DNA of 64,000 nucleotides from Azolla caroliniana (GCA_043228905.1 JBHGNT010000014.1:16740001-16804000); one strand, 5' to 3'; numbered from the stretch's first letter, positions 26,259 to 40,489 are shown. Program-made: numbers and translations. Notes: generated by a model from the sequence alone, not told the origin.

Positions 26259-27026
26259 TGTCGTGCCTTTCGGCGCCGGATCGTTGCGTGAGTCGGGTGG
26301 GAACCGCCGAGGTTTTGGACTAGGAGAAAGAAGAATATGAGATGAGGCTAGTAATGAATAGATTATTAGAAAGAGAGATAGAAATTTCGTGAATCCCACG
26401 AGTGTATTGTATTCGATTAATCAATATTTAGATAAGAATATGTATTTAGATTGAAAGAAAGATATAAGAAACTTGTGAATCCCACAAGTATAGATTATAT
26501 TATTTTCGTGAATCCCACGATTATATTAATTGGTGTTTTAGGAAATATATCCAATTTCCCAAATATTTTTCACACACCTATTACATTGTGCTCCTCATCC
26601 TTATATAGAGATGAGAGAGTCTTTTGCAACCCATACGTTTTCTCTAACTATAGACTCCATGCTTTTTCTATAGATAGACTATATGCTTTATCTAAAGTGA
26701 TCATGCTTTTTCTAACTTGTGCGTTTTTTTTATTGACTATAGTGTTCATGCACGTTACATGTGCATGTGTAGCTTTTTCTTTTATCATGCGTTTTTCTAA
26801 AGTTTATCCTAGCGTGAACTTACCTTTCTATGTGGAACATCTACTTTTTAACATTAATAAAATGCTAGTGTAATGGTAAGACATTACATTAGTAACATGG
26901 AGGTGCAAGGTTTGAATCTTGCCCTATGCATGTTATATACATTCTAATCTTTTCTACTATTTATTCATATTTATTAAATCGGTACTTTATAAGTTTTTCA
27001 CGTAGTGTACGAAATACAGTACGACA
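26259..27026. mobile_element. Solo LTR (768 bp) inserted in the LINE RT
   Basis: TGTCGT..ACGACA inverted termini; ACGC duplicated at 26255-26258 and 27027-27030; removing it restores the RT frame YRNDNCCVSLAG. Confidence 0.88.
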
Positions 27027-30000
27027 ACGCAACAGTTGTCATTCCTATAAAGTCTTGCAATGCCTTTGATCCATGTCTCTTGAAAGCCGAGTTTCCCCAT
27101 CACACTTTCTAGAAAGTTCCAGCATACCCTGTCATATGCTTTCTCAAAATCTATAGCACCACCGCTACCTTGTTGTTGGTACGCTTGGCAAGGGCTATTG
27201 CTTCCCAGAATGAGAAGAGGTTGTCTAGGATGCTCCGATTTCTAACGAAACCTGTCTGGACGGATGAATGAGTTGAGGGAGAAGTGGTGTTAAACGGCGT
27301 GCCACGATTTTTGTGAGCAACTTATAGACAGTATTGAGAAGAGTTATGGGCCGCTACTTACTAATGTCGTTGGCACTCCCGCCACTTTTAGGAATGAGAT
27401 GTATCATCCCCTGTCCAAATTCCTCCGGCATGTTTCCAGAGGTGATGATCTCCTCATATGCCTGGAGGAGGTCTTCTTTAATAGTGTCCCAAAGGCATGT
27501 GAAAAAGTGAGGGATGAGACCGTCAATTCCGGGGCAACTATTTGCATCCAAATCAGAGAGGGCCTCCCATATCTCGATGATTGATAGGGGACGCACAAGC
27601 CATGTATTCATTTCCGTCGTGACTTTATCGGGTATGCTTTGGAGGATAATATCTTCTCTTATGTCTTCCCCTGTGGCCATAGTATCTTCGGTAAGTAGGC
27701 GTTATAGTAACTTGTGGCAATATTCCTCATTTCGTCGCCATCCTTAGTGGTCGTTCCATCCTCTCAATTGAGGTTGCGCATCATTGTTCTAGCGTGCCTC
27801 GGGCCTTTGGAGCGTAAGAATTCCTTCATGGTTTTGTCCCCTACTCGAATCGATCGCGCCATGCTTCCATGAAACTCTATGTCATATATTTCCTTTTCCA
27901 CCATGTTGAGTTCATGTTTGGCCATGGCAACTTGTCCTGCAATCCAACTACATGACGGGTATCTCTGTTGGGGTCGTTGTAAGGCTATTGTTTCCCGTTT
28001 TGTCCTCTATCTCTTTTCCTAAGCATCCTTGCTTCTGGTCTTGACAATCTCATGTAGGAGAGTTGAAGCTCTTGTTAATTTAGTAGAAGTTTGTTGGATG
28101 TTGATGAGTCATTGATGGGTAATGACCATTGGTTGGAGAGTTGTTCCTTCACCTCTATAACTGTGTAAATAGTGTGTGGGATGCGAGGCTGGAATGGGCC
28201 CCATTTTTAGTGCAATTGAGAATGACCAACTACTAGGTAATGGTCAAAGAAAGTCATGCCTGGAGTTATGCAACACCACCCTCCCTTCGCTTCTAGAGCC
28301 TCGCCCACATAAATGCGGTCAATGCGAGATAGGGGTCCACCATTCCGCTCGTCTGATCGAGAGAATAAGAGAGAATCCCTTTTTCGTTGGAAGTTGTCAG
28401 AATGTTAGATGTCTCGCAGGTTAAGGTGTACACATAACTTCTCCCATTGTTTACGTTCCCTTCCTTGTAGCACTATGGGGTTGTTGTTGGAGCTATCGTG
28501 AATGGATTCGATCATATTAAAATCCCCTCCAATGCACCACTCTTCCGCACCCGCTACTTGTAGGTGGATGCGTTCCCAGAATGTTGCCCTTTCTGTTCTG
28601 CTATTTGGAGCATAAACATTCATGAAATTCTAGCATTGCCCTTGGATGGCCAACGTGCAAAAATGTGCCCTATTAGGTATAAGTGATTCCTGGTGTATTA
28701 AGCCTTGGGCTAGATGTTCCCGAATCAAAGTGCAAATACCACCATGATTTCCATCCTCCCCTATTGCTGGCTCCCAAATTTTTCAACATGATCATGGTAG
28801 AAGGTCTCCAACTTCCTTTGACTACGTGCTATCGAGGTGGTGTTCCTGCAACATGATGATGTCAACAACACTCCCTAATAAATATTCCTCAAGATCCCTT
28901 CTTAGTTTCCATCTGTTTTGCTGGTCTAGTCGACTTCTGAGCCCTTGCATGTTCCATGTTACAATCTTCATACTCATGGAATAGGGTGGGAGATTGTCAG
29001 TTGTTCCTGGTGCTTTGCACAACAGGTTGTGAGTGGGGAGACTCACCATTTAGACATCTAGTCATTTCCAGGGATGGAATGTTGGTCCAAATCCAAGAGT
29101 GGAGTTTGTGGGCTATCTGGTGAGCTTCAATAGTCCCTTCCTACTTCTCATAGAAATAGTAGAACCCTAGAGTTAGTTGGATGTCTATGATAGTCCGCAA
29201 GTGGATGTGGCAGAGATGAGGTTCCTCTTCATCCATGGTGCACTAGAATTCTGTGTTATTCCAATGCTTCTTTAGTTTGTTCATGAGGGCTTTATCTCTT
29301 ATTTTTATGACAAAATAGGTTGCTTAACTACATAGGGTATCTTTGATCTTGGACTTGGACCAATCCTCTTGTGTCGAAAGCAAGAGTGGAAAAGAAATTG
29401 AGCTCGTCGGTACTCCATTCGTGTGTACCATCGATACATGTACCCTTATTTTATCCAATGTCATATGCCCTATACCTAGCCATTTTAGGGCATTTTGCGA
29501 GTGTGGTTCAAGGTCCTGGCTAGATGTATCACACTCATTTATGGCTGGGAAGGCTATGATCTGAGGCGTGATATTCAAACTATTGCCTTGGTTTGTTGTT
29601 TCTCCATTGGGTGCAGTTCCGTTAAAGCTCCGCATTAGGGTCTTAACATGACTTATCCTTCACCGCTTCCCTGTTTTGTAAGCTTTAACGAGGATTTTCT
29701 CTTGTGTGTTTGGAGTCACCTTGGGCCTTTCCTTGGGGCTTAAGAAAGCACTAGGGAAGTGTTCATCTGTGGGGGGGAGCTCTTGTAGTAGATCAAAACA
29801 ATTGGGGTTCACTGGCGATGAAGGATTTTGTGACTGTGGAGTTTTACATAGGACATGGGATTTCCCCACCACTCGCCATTCCATCACAGCCTTATCGGGG
29901 TGTGGTGGGGGAGACTTCTGATTTCCTATGGTGTCTCAACCTTCCAAGGTCTCCATGGTGGGATCCTTAATGCGTCTCGTGGGGCAGTTCTTTTTTAAAT

Positions 30001-30245
30001 GACCAAGCTTTTTGCATGCAAAACATTGTCCCAGTGCGCCGATCACTTCTATGTGTTGTTCAATCCGTATTCCGTTTTTCCCCAAAATGAGGATCTTGAA
30101 AGGAAGTTTGTTGATGTCATGCACCAAGAGGAGGGACCCCACAAATGTTTATAGATATACAATGTTTATTTGGGCTAATACCAAAATTTAATAAGTATTG
30201 TGAATTCTTGCAAACTCATTATAAGATATTTATAAAGTATGCAAT

Positions 30246-30780
30246 AAATTATGATTGTCCTTTGCTTTGTTCCATGGTGGATAAGCCTCGGGCGAAACAT
30301 TCCACGAACAATACACCCTACAACAAAGAGTAAGTGTAGGGAGGCACCAATGAGAAGATATATTGAAACCCAATGGCCACGCAAACAAATAAATAAAGAT
30401 GGGGTGCTTAAATTATGATTGTCCTTTGCTTTGTTCCATAGTGGATAAGCATCGGGCGAAACATTCCACGAACAATACACCCTACAACAAAGAGTAAGTG
30501 TAGGGAGGCACCAATGAGAAGATGTATTGAAACTAGATGGATGTAGCTTAGTTGGTAAGGTTGCCCAATGGAGACTAGGTGGTCATGGGTTCAACCCCTA
30601 CATTCCACAGTGGCATCTAGTGAAATAGAGATATATATGAAGTATATAATAAAGAGGTGGGGAAACTGGGTTTCGAACCCAAGACACAGTGCTTGTAGTG
30701 TTATCGACTTGCCACTAGGGTAAGTTAATTACGATAAAATAAAATAAAGATGTATTACATCCCAATGGCCACGCAAACAT
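30246..30780. repeat. ~164-bp tandem duplication, second copy interrupted by a ~230-bp insertion with tRNA-like units
   Basis: AAATTATGATTGTCCTTTGC..GAGAAGAT at ~30246 and ~30410; copy 2 resumes at CCCAATGGCCACGCAAACA (30761). Confidence 0.8.
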
Positions 30781-31269
30781 TCCATTTCGATGCAAGAAGA
30801 AAGGAATATATGTTACTAGAACTTCTATACATGATATTGAAATTCATGGTAGCATATATTTTCTATTTTTGAAAATAATCACATAGATTTTCTTGAATCA
30901 AACTAGTTTTGCTCACAATACCTCCTTATATGTAAACGATGATTTGAGCAACCTAGGCTTACAAATCTACTTTGACACTGACTCAACTTGCAATTGTAGT
31001 TCACCACGCGTGGTTCAAGAAATTAATCTCTAAATAATTTTTGCCTCCTTTTTTTACAGTTCATTAATCACAATGGCCAAAGATCATGAACTAATGTATG
31101 TATATAGTCCAACAAAATAGAACTTTGCATTCTAGGGCATTATGAAGTCTTCAAAGTTCATTTGATCTCTTTGGAACATATAGGTATTATTCTAGAACAA
31201 ATGCTTTATAGGTTATAAAAAACATACAATTTTGTTTAGTTCAGCTTTCTCTTCCAAGGTTTTATTGAA

Positions 31270-31375
31270 CATAGCAATTGCCCATGGGATACTCATACTC
31301 TTTTCGCTAAAAAGGATGGAATGATATGTTCATATGTTGATTATCGACGTCTCAATAAAGTTATTATAAAAATAA
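31270..31375 (+). pseudogene. Small Gypsy RT fragment
   Basis: Reads ..KKDG..YVDYRRLNKVIIK. Confidence 0.6.
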
Positions 31376-31813
31376 AAACATGCTAACTTAGATGTTGTCT
31401 AAAAACTACGTTTCGAATGCCATATTGATGTTACTAATCTATTGCTTATCATTTGTATCATTCATATTTTGTAACATTAATTGGCATATTCCTCGACTAT
31501 ATACATGTATAATATACATTAAAGGAATTGAGGGACATCTTAACACATCTCTGTCTCGTTGTCTATACATATATTAAGAGAATTTTATGTTAAACAAGTC
31601 AAGAGCAAACTTTGTTTACAGTTATTCAATTATAGTTATGCCACATTGTTTCAACACAATGCATTTGTTTTGAGTTTGCCTACTTTACAAACAATTTGTC
31701 AAGTAATATATATTTTTAGTTTTGAAGGGAGTTGTTTGAAATTTTATTATGATGTACACAAGCATTGTTGAAGTACACTATCAAGAAGCAACGCATCTGC
31801 TGATGTATTATTT

Positions 31814-31847
31814 TTATTTTCTTTTATTTTCCAAAAAAAACTGAACG
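31814..31847 (-). mobile_element. Ultra-truncated LINE 3' end
   Basis: TTTTCCAAAAAAAACT matches the family A 3' terminus; TGTATTATTT duplicated at 31804-31813 and 31848-31857. Confidence 0.55.
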
Positions 31848-34800
31848 TGTATTATTTGGAGAAATGCACTTGAGAATGCTTTAATGTGTTAAAGCTTCTT
31901 GTGACGACCACATCAATATTATTTATTGGTCTTTCTAGGTGCTAGAAACATCTCCATGGTTGACACCATTTGTCAAGCTAACCAAATTATTTATGCTACC
32001 TATCAAACATAGCAATTAGATCATATATGTCTGAACAACGAAACGTGTAGCATAGTTATAAGTTGTTGTTGTTGAGAGTAACTAGGTTAACCAATAGTCA
32101 TCCCATAGTCATTATTAGTAAGCCGACAATAATATCACATATTGTCTACTAATTAGCAAAAAGAGATCCAAGGTGTAGAATGACTACACCAAGTAATCAT
32201 ACATCATTTGTATTTCATGCTCTATGTTAATTCTTTCATTCTCATCAAAATTTATGAAAGGGCAGGTGATTGCCATAAGAGGCAAAAAGAAGAGACAAAA
32301 TAGAGCAAAGTTTTGCCCAATATTTTTCCACCTTAGAACTTTTGTATTTGATAGCCTCTTATAGCAACCTCCTCATTAATAAGGGGTGTATCACATTTTC
32401 ATGGATAATCAATGTAGAAGCCCGTTGCCCATCAATCTTATATATAGTCGTTTACATGGTATGGATAAAAATGAAAACACATTGGCAATGATGGTGGTGA
32501 CAAGCCGATGCGGTAGAGGACTAGGTTTCTAAGAAGAAACACATGAATCTCTCATCACAAAGAGCAAGAAAGCTTGATGCTTGCACTTTTGGTATGTAAC
32601 CAATCAATTATAAAAAGAAAATGGTTGTCTGACACAAGACATAAGCCAAAGACAAGTATCGGAGTGGAGATTGGATCAATGAGAGAATATGATTCTGAAG
32701 GCTAAGGGAGGCACTACACTTGAAGAACCATCAATTTTCTTCATCATTGTTGATGTAAAAACCCTTCCCATTTACCACAATGTGAATAAGCTCTACAAAT
32801 CAAATGAAGAAATGGACAATTTGTTTGGCTAGAAACAAGCAAATGTTTCAAGAGGAAGAAACATAAAAGAAAGTGTGGGCAATCAACAATCTCGAACAAT
32901 TGTGGATCAAAGAAGAGGTTATTAGATAGAGGGAACGAAATGAGCGAACAAGTTAAGGTTTAAATGATGAGTAACAAGCTTTAGAATTTTCCTAGATAAT
33001 TGATTGTTACGATAATAATGTGTATGACTAGCCTAATTTGGGCCATAATGTGAAGGGGGTATTTGGATTATGAAGATGTGAATGATTTGATGGAGAAAGA
33101 TGTGGTACAAAGCAAATATTGATAAGGAAATGAAGATGGAGTGCCTTGACAACAGCCAAATGAGTGTGCTTGAATTTAAAAAGCCTCATTCCTTTGTTAA
33201 GAGCTTCAAGTAAAAATTGTTTAAAATGAAAAATCAGAAGGGTCTTGAGGAAAACGACAAATACAAACCCTAAACCTATACCCATGTAATTGAAATTCAC
33301 TTATGACACCCTAGCATGGTATTACGAAAATAATACGTATTTAAATTAGAATATCTTAGATGTTTTGTAACCTTCATACATCAAGCAAAAATTGTTAAAA
33401 ATGACAAATCATAAGGGTTTTGAGGCGAATAACCAATACCTCCCACCCCATGTAATTGCAATTCACTTACAATATTCTAACATGGTATTGTCAAAGTGAT
33501 ATGTATTTATTTTAGAATATCCTAGATTTTTTATACTCTTCATGTCAGTCATCCATAGGTGTGCCAAGGTGTTACTTACCCATCCAACATAACTATCAGA
33601 GCAAACATGTCCAAATAATACTGGAATGCTAGAAATAGTTACAAAGCGTAGTTGAGAGTAACTAGGCCAACCCATAGTTTTTGTAAGGTTAGTTGTAACC
33701 ATTAGTGGTTCAACTACTATAGTAAGTAGTGTGTGCATAATTATATAGAGATTTAAGGTATCCAATCATTCAACAATGTAATTAATTAGTGAACATTTAT
33801 ATTTCGTGCGATACATTATTCCTCTCATTCTCATCATGATTGATGAAAGGGCATGCGATTGGCCCAAGAGGTTTATAAAAGGATACCTATTGAAGAATTA
33901 TATATCAATATAGAACTTTGTTGTCATGTTCAATCTCATTTTTTCTTATCATCCCCCCCCGTCCCCTCACCCCCACTATGTTGGGGAGGGTGGAGGCCTG
34001 CGTGACTCAACCCATGCACAAACTGGTTGGTTTATACTAAACAAAATAGATCACATTGTGGCATTTAAGCCATATGAGTGACTTCTCCAAATGGTTCAAC
34101 TTCTTCCTAGTAGAACCACCATTAAGAGTTATAAATTGGCTCAAATCTTTGTGAGCATTCTTTAGAGGCAAGGATCCTAAATCAAATGTCACAATCAAAT
34201 CTCTATTGATAGGGATCTCAATTTCACTACACAATTTAGGGAAGCTGCACAAGTCAAAAGATGAGGTAACTAGGAATCTCCTACACTACACAAGGGTCTT
34301 CTTCCTTCCAAACCTTTTTGTCTCAACTATAGTTATGGGGGGGTGGGGGGGTATGTCCCTAACATCCAAATGGACATGACCTTGAGGTTGAAAATATTCT
34401 TAATCAAAGGTTGGGTAGGTATACCTACAAAATAGGATTCCTAGACCACATTCTCACTTCGTGACCGATCATTACTGTCACTCTAGCTAACTCTATGTTA
34501 TGATGATCTCATATCCAATTAATGTGAAATTGTAGAGATGTTGACCAATGGGGGACAAGTCAATATGTGCGGTGAGGATGGAAGGTGAGTATAGTATATG
34601 CCTTTCACTTTATTTATATGCATGCATGCTTTGTATGCATGTTGATCATCTTAAGTGGGAAGTTAAAGCAACCAAAATGTTATACTTTGCTGAAAAAAAT
34701 ATTGGTCTATGACACAAATAGAATTTCTTGATTACACTTACAGTGTGGTCATTATTGAACTAATTCATCAATATAATTTTGTGATTATAATGTTGAAAGG

Positions 34801-37800
34801 TGAAAAGTTCATGCCAGAAATAAATATTATGTAGAACTTGTTGGAACATGAAACAAAGGGATGGTAAAGGAGAGAGCATTACAAATTAGATGGCATGCTC
34901 CCAAATATATATATACATTATCATTTATCTATCTCTCTAAGCATGCTTCCTCGATCCTTTTTGGAGTGTTGAGATCCATTGAACCTCTTTGATGACCTTT
35001 TTTTTGGCGTTGTTTGCCTCAATGATAGTTTACTCTTTTGAGGAACCTAGAATGGAACAACATGATAAAACCTATCAATTTTTCGGATTAAAAATAGTTA
35101 GTTTTTCTTTACAAATACCACATGATATTTATGGCTTGTATCAATATTTATAAGTTAGTGTAGATTCCTCCATCTCTTGCAAACAAGAGACCATGCACCA
35201 TTGTGTGCTTTGCTGTCCTATTAACATTTTGTTTATAAGTCAACATTATTTTTCTCAACCCTTAATTGTGAAAAGTGAGTTTTTGAATCCTCTAGCTTAG
35301 GAACACACTTGATAGTGTAAATGGTCTCAAATTTTTTCTTACATTGTGGAACTTGTGAATCCATAAAGCCGTTGTATTAACCAAGCTTTTGTTAGTGTGC
35401 ATCAATTCAAACTAAAGTCACATAAAACGTTTATATAGTACACAACATAGAACCAATTTCTTGAAAAGCGAACCTTATGGTTGCAAAGACCAAGCTTTAC
35501 CACATCACTATTATGTATGTACATTTAGAGTTAAAAAATGGTTACATGAGCTCGTAAACCTATAAGTGGTTGGGAGTGTTTAAAGTCTCTCATGAAGTAT
35601 ATATAAAGAAAGGTAATTGCTTCTACATGTTTTTTTAGCAACGGTAATGTCTTGTGTCTTTTTACAGCGCGTTTTCCTAAATGGAAAGATGTGTTCATAT
35701 CTGCATACATGGAGGTACCCATTATGTGAAGGGAATGTCCTAGACTAAAATGTAAGATTGTTCATGTGGGTTACCATAGAAGATATGTCAATCATGACAA
35801 CCAAGAAAGACTACAAGTATAACAATGCCACTTGAAAATAGTATTTATTTAAACGTCTACTACATACGTCTTTCTAGGCAAGTATAAATTTTATGGAGAT
35901 AGTTGAGCACTCACAATTTTGAAAAAACTAGCATCATGATTGATCAAACTCCTCCATTTTATCTAGTCACCCTCTCCGCTCCCAACTACTAGTTATTGAA
36001 CATATGCCCAATTCCCCCAATTAAATGTTAAAGATCAATTAAATTGATCATGATCTACTTAGACATCGGAAAAGAGATTTATAATCCAACACGTTCTCAA
36101 GATACACATGCAATGCTTATAAATACAAAGGAAGTGCATGAGCATGAACTTACTTCAAAAGGGCTTCTCAAATTATGAAGTTCAATTATTTTTTTAAACA
36201 TGTACGTTAAGATGAGTGTGACATTAGATCTAATTTGCAATCTTTTACTTCACATGAAAATTGTTTGAAATCAGAGTGGAAAATTTCACCATATATTCAA
36301 CTTATATGCATTTAGTTAAGTCAAGTCATTGAGCTATATCACAAGATAAGCATTTCGTAATGAGGATGACCTATATCACACTTTATGACGAACTTGTTCA
36401 AAGTCTTAGATTAAAAAAAGATTAGTGCATGAAAGTTACAAAGCATACGTTTAAAGTGCAGGATAGTAGGAGTAACCTAGAAAGTGCCCTAAATATTTGT
36501 TTTTTAAATATCCATTTGTTGCATTAGTCAAAAGGTGGTCTTGCTCAGTACACTTAAAGTTGATAAAAATCAAGTTATACGTCACACATTAGCCAATCTT
36601 TAAGTCCATACTAAATTCTCAAACTATTTGCCTTGTGGCCTTTCATGCAAGTGTTTCATATCCCCATGGGAAGAGCTCAAACATTCAAAAGACACCACAA
36701 AATGGCATCATTGCATCATATTTGGTTACGAGTTCTAATTTTTATTAGTGTATAAGGTGCAAAACGTGCATGTGAAGACAACAAGTGCCACTTAGTGAGT
36801 TATGAACATGGGTGGCAAAGGAGAAACAAGAGAAAGTGGAGAAATAATATTTCTAATGAAGGATATTACATAACAAACTCACAACCCAAAGGGTCATAAT
36901 TGACTCCACTTAAGACAAGGTACTCAATTAGTACTAAATTGATTGCAAACATGCCATTTCATAAGCCCTAATAGCAAGGTGAAAATACTATATAGACAAC
37001 TATCAAAGCACATGGGCTTTTGGTCATATGTTACCAATTAATGTTTTATATAGAATTTTCTTCATGGTTATCCTTCTTACTTGGAATCTCGAGGCTGTGG
37101 GTTTGATTCTTGTTGTCATCATTCTATTATAAGACGTTTTTTGTTGAATAGTAATGGAGTGCAATTTAGAATCATACTTTTCTTGTTCACTAAGAACTAA
37201 AACTCCACGTTTAGATTATTTAATTCTACACTACACAAGATACATATTTTATTTTTGGACAATTGTGTAACAATGGTTGAGCCCAACTAACCACATAGGA
37301 CGACGTGATTCACCCATGCCCACTTCAAACTTTTCGAACACAAATTTTCATGTTCATAGCCAATATCTGGTCTTTGGAGATTTTAGTGCTCCTAAGAGGT
37401 TGTTTCCTCAAAAGATTTAGCAAAAAAATCAACTACTCTTGGCAATCACGCCATAGTCATTTGAATAAAGTTCTATTGTACATGCCTACTTGTATAGCAA
37501 ATCATAGCAAGTATGGCAAGTTCAAATAATCTGGCATGGTAATTAATCTACTAACTTTTATGAAAAATGCAAAATAAGTGAATATTAACACCTTGGTAGC
37601 AACTTCAAACCCCAACCCATCATGTGATGACCACACAACATTCTTCTCTCTATGCCAACATTGCAAATCCTTGCAACATACCAAAGAGTCACATCAATTA
37701 GCAAGGGCCTACAATTTACTTGGAGATAGTATAGCATGAATTTGCATTTAAACTTCTTAGTGTGCATTATAATTGTGTGCATCCAACATTAGTGTCATAA

Positions 37801-39430
37801 TTTCTAGAATATACATCAACGTAGATGTGTGCTAAATAATGTTGGTCCCTACTACAAGTTTCCAAGTATGTTGATCAATTAGTGCACATCCTAGACTACA
37901 TTCCTTACTAGAAAGTGTTGTTGCTTGTGTTGCATAACTAGTGTAAACTGATTAGACTCATAGAATTCTCATTCTTGTATTCCATCACGCATCACTTTCC
38001 CATGTGCACACCATGAAAGGATATAATCATTGTTCTATCAAATAATTGCACACCACCTCTTGATGCTTATATATTTCAAAGGAATTAAAATATTAGAACC
38101 AAATAGTTCAAATATTTTAGGGTGAAATGCCAACTATGGAGGTCTATCAACTATTGTTTTGAAGTCACCAAAATATTTCAAGTTTGCAAAAATGGATGTA
38201 AGGGAGGTAAAATGTCATTCTTGGGCATGCTCCTCAATTTTGCCAAACAAACAACATGATTTTTAGCATTTAAGTTGAGGCACGTCCCACACAAGAAAGA
38301 AACATACCATGGAAATTGGGAAATAAGAGACAAAAACTTATTAAAATACAGATTTCCAATCTCCACCTAAAAAGAAGAGAATTTTCTATGCTTTTAAATT
38401 CATAATACACAAGGAAATAGAACAGACAAGCTGAATTTGTTGGCATTGCCCAAACAATATTATAAAATTGTGAATTTGCAAAGACAATTCAAGGAGTAAC
38501 TACAAGGGAAGCATATCCCAACTAATAATGGATACATAAGTTTGACTCCTTTCGCATTATTGGAAACTTCAATGATCTAGTCCCTCCACCACCAAGTAAT
38601 TTGACGGTTAATCAAGTGTCATTTATGTTCAATGTGTAAATTTAAAGCCATTGCTTTCACATTGCACTTTACCATGCACTACCTTCCACAACAACATTTT
38701 AATAAACTTTAAGAGACGTTATGGGTCACAATGCTTAGCGAGTCAAACTTATAGAGCCAACGAGAAGATAGGTCAGAAAAAGGTAGGAAATCACACACGT
38801 TGTCATGTGTGACATTGAGGTGCACCAAGTGGCAACAAATGGGGTTCGCTAAACTTAGTCATCATATAACTAAAGCAAGAGGTAGGAGCATTTGAAGTGC
38901 TTGAGTTTGAAAAAGGGCAAAACAAGCAACAAAAAAGAGAGAGGGGAGGGGGGGGTATTCCTAAGATGGGAGTTCCATTGAAGCCAAAGTGAAAGTACTT
39001 GACTTCTATATGACACAAGTACAAGCTATTTATAGCAAGGGAAGAAATGGTGCCTAGTACCCACATAGATAGCTAAGGCTTGTGGAAAACAATGTGAAGC
39101 AAACAAGTACCAATGGAGGAAAGAGGGGAGGGGCTTAGGGAAGAAGCTTAGGTAAGGTTATTAAAAAGCCTTAAAAATGATTAGAGCAATTAAAACAATC
39201 CAAAGCCTACACACAGACAATAATTGTAAGGTTAGATTTGTGTGAGTGAGTGTGTGTTCTTTTTGGTTTCACATGGGCAAGAGGGAGAGCATTTAATATA
39301 CAAGTAAATAAAATAAACAAATAATGAAAAAAAGGACTTTGAAAGCTAAGATAGATCTTATGTTTGATGTAAACCCTTTTCTTTTCAAACAAAATTTCCT
39401 TCTTTTTTCTTTTTCTTTATGCTTTCTTTT

Positions 39431-39467
<37 letters not shown>

Positions 39468-39837
39468 CTTTCTCCTCCAAAGTATGATTAGCTGTGACAC
39501 GTGGCAACTGCTGAAGTGAAGATTAAATGCAAGAGATGTCAGACACATGGCCATGGCTCATGAGTCATGGAGAGAGAGAGAGAGAGAGAGGAGGCCCTTT
39601 AATTGTTGTTGAGCAATCACAAGAAAATAATAATAATAATAAAAGAAGTAAAGGAGAAAGTTTGAAAGTGAAGACAATTAGAAGAAGAGACAAAGGAAAG
39701 CGGAGATGATCTCAGCGCTTTTACGTACAAGAGAGAGGAGAGCATTTACACTGCATATGCATAGCATATGTATATACAAAGAGAGAGAGAGAGACATATT
39801 AAAGCCTTTCAAGAGGCCAAAATGGTCTATATGACCA

Positions 39838-39874
<37 letters not shown>

Positions 39875-40489
39875 CACACACAAACATTGGTAGGGGTGTG
39901 CATCTACCTAGTCAGCAATTTTCACTTACCCCCATAAGTGAGTGTGTCGGAGAATGTATGCACACAGAATTTTTGCTAGGAGGGAGAGAGTGTCCCCGCA
40001 GAGTTGTCTAGTCGGCATCATCTTCGCTCGTGGGGGAAGAAAGTCAAGCATACCGGTCAGCATTTTTGACTTAAGAGGGTGTGGAATCAACGTTTAACGT
40101 GGCAAGAGTGTGTTTGTGCAGTCTGCATTTTGAAGGCATGGGAGTCTCTAGCAAGCATTTGTGTGTGTGTGTGTGTGTGTGCACGGGCGTGCCCCTACGT
40201 GCCTAGTAAGCATTTTCCATGCGAGAACGCACAACCCATCCCAAATAAATCTCCATGTTACTTATCCCTAGGGTATGAAGCAGGCTTACACATTGCGAAC
40301 ATTTACCGCCCTAGCTTTTACTATATCGAAAAACAACACATGGACACTTGGGGAAGGTGGCAATAGTTCCGATAAATTGCAGGGGGGTAAAAAAAAATGG
40401 GTACACTAGAAATAGAGGAGAGAGAGGTACAGAGAAAGAACACACATATCAGGAGAGCAGAGATTTGAAAAATGACAAGTGAAGGTGAT

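Larger units (their letters stand above)
23630..30134 (-). mobile_element. Near-full-length L1-clade LINE family A (ORF1 CCHC knuckle, APE endonuclease, RT, zf-RVT), decayed and truncated in ORF1
   Basis: QCFACKKLGHLKKNCP; MKIVTWN..LQEHH, NVYAPN, GGDFN; CPGIDG, FEKAYDRV, EFADDT, TKYLG; 16-bp TSD GACCCCACAAATGTTT at 23614-23629 and 30135-30150. Confidence 0.95.

Noticed and set aside
30539-30725. Functional tRNA genes
   Set aside because: A/B-box-like motifs are present but I could not build canonical anticodon and acceptor stems; treated as tRNA-derived repeats
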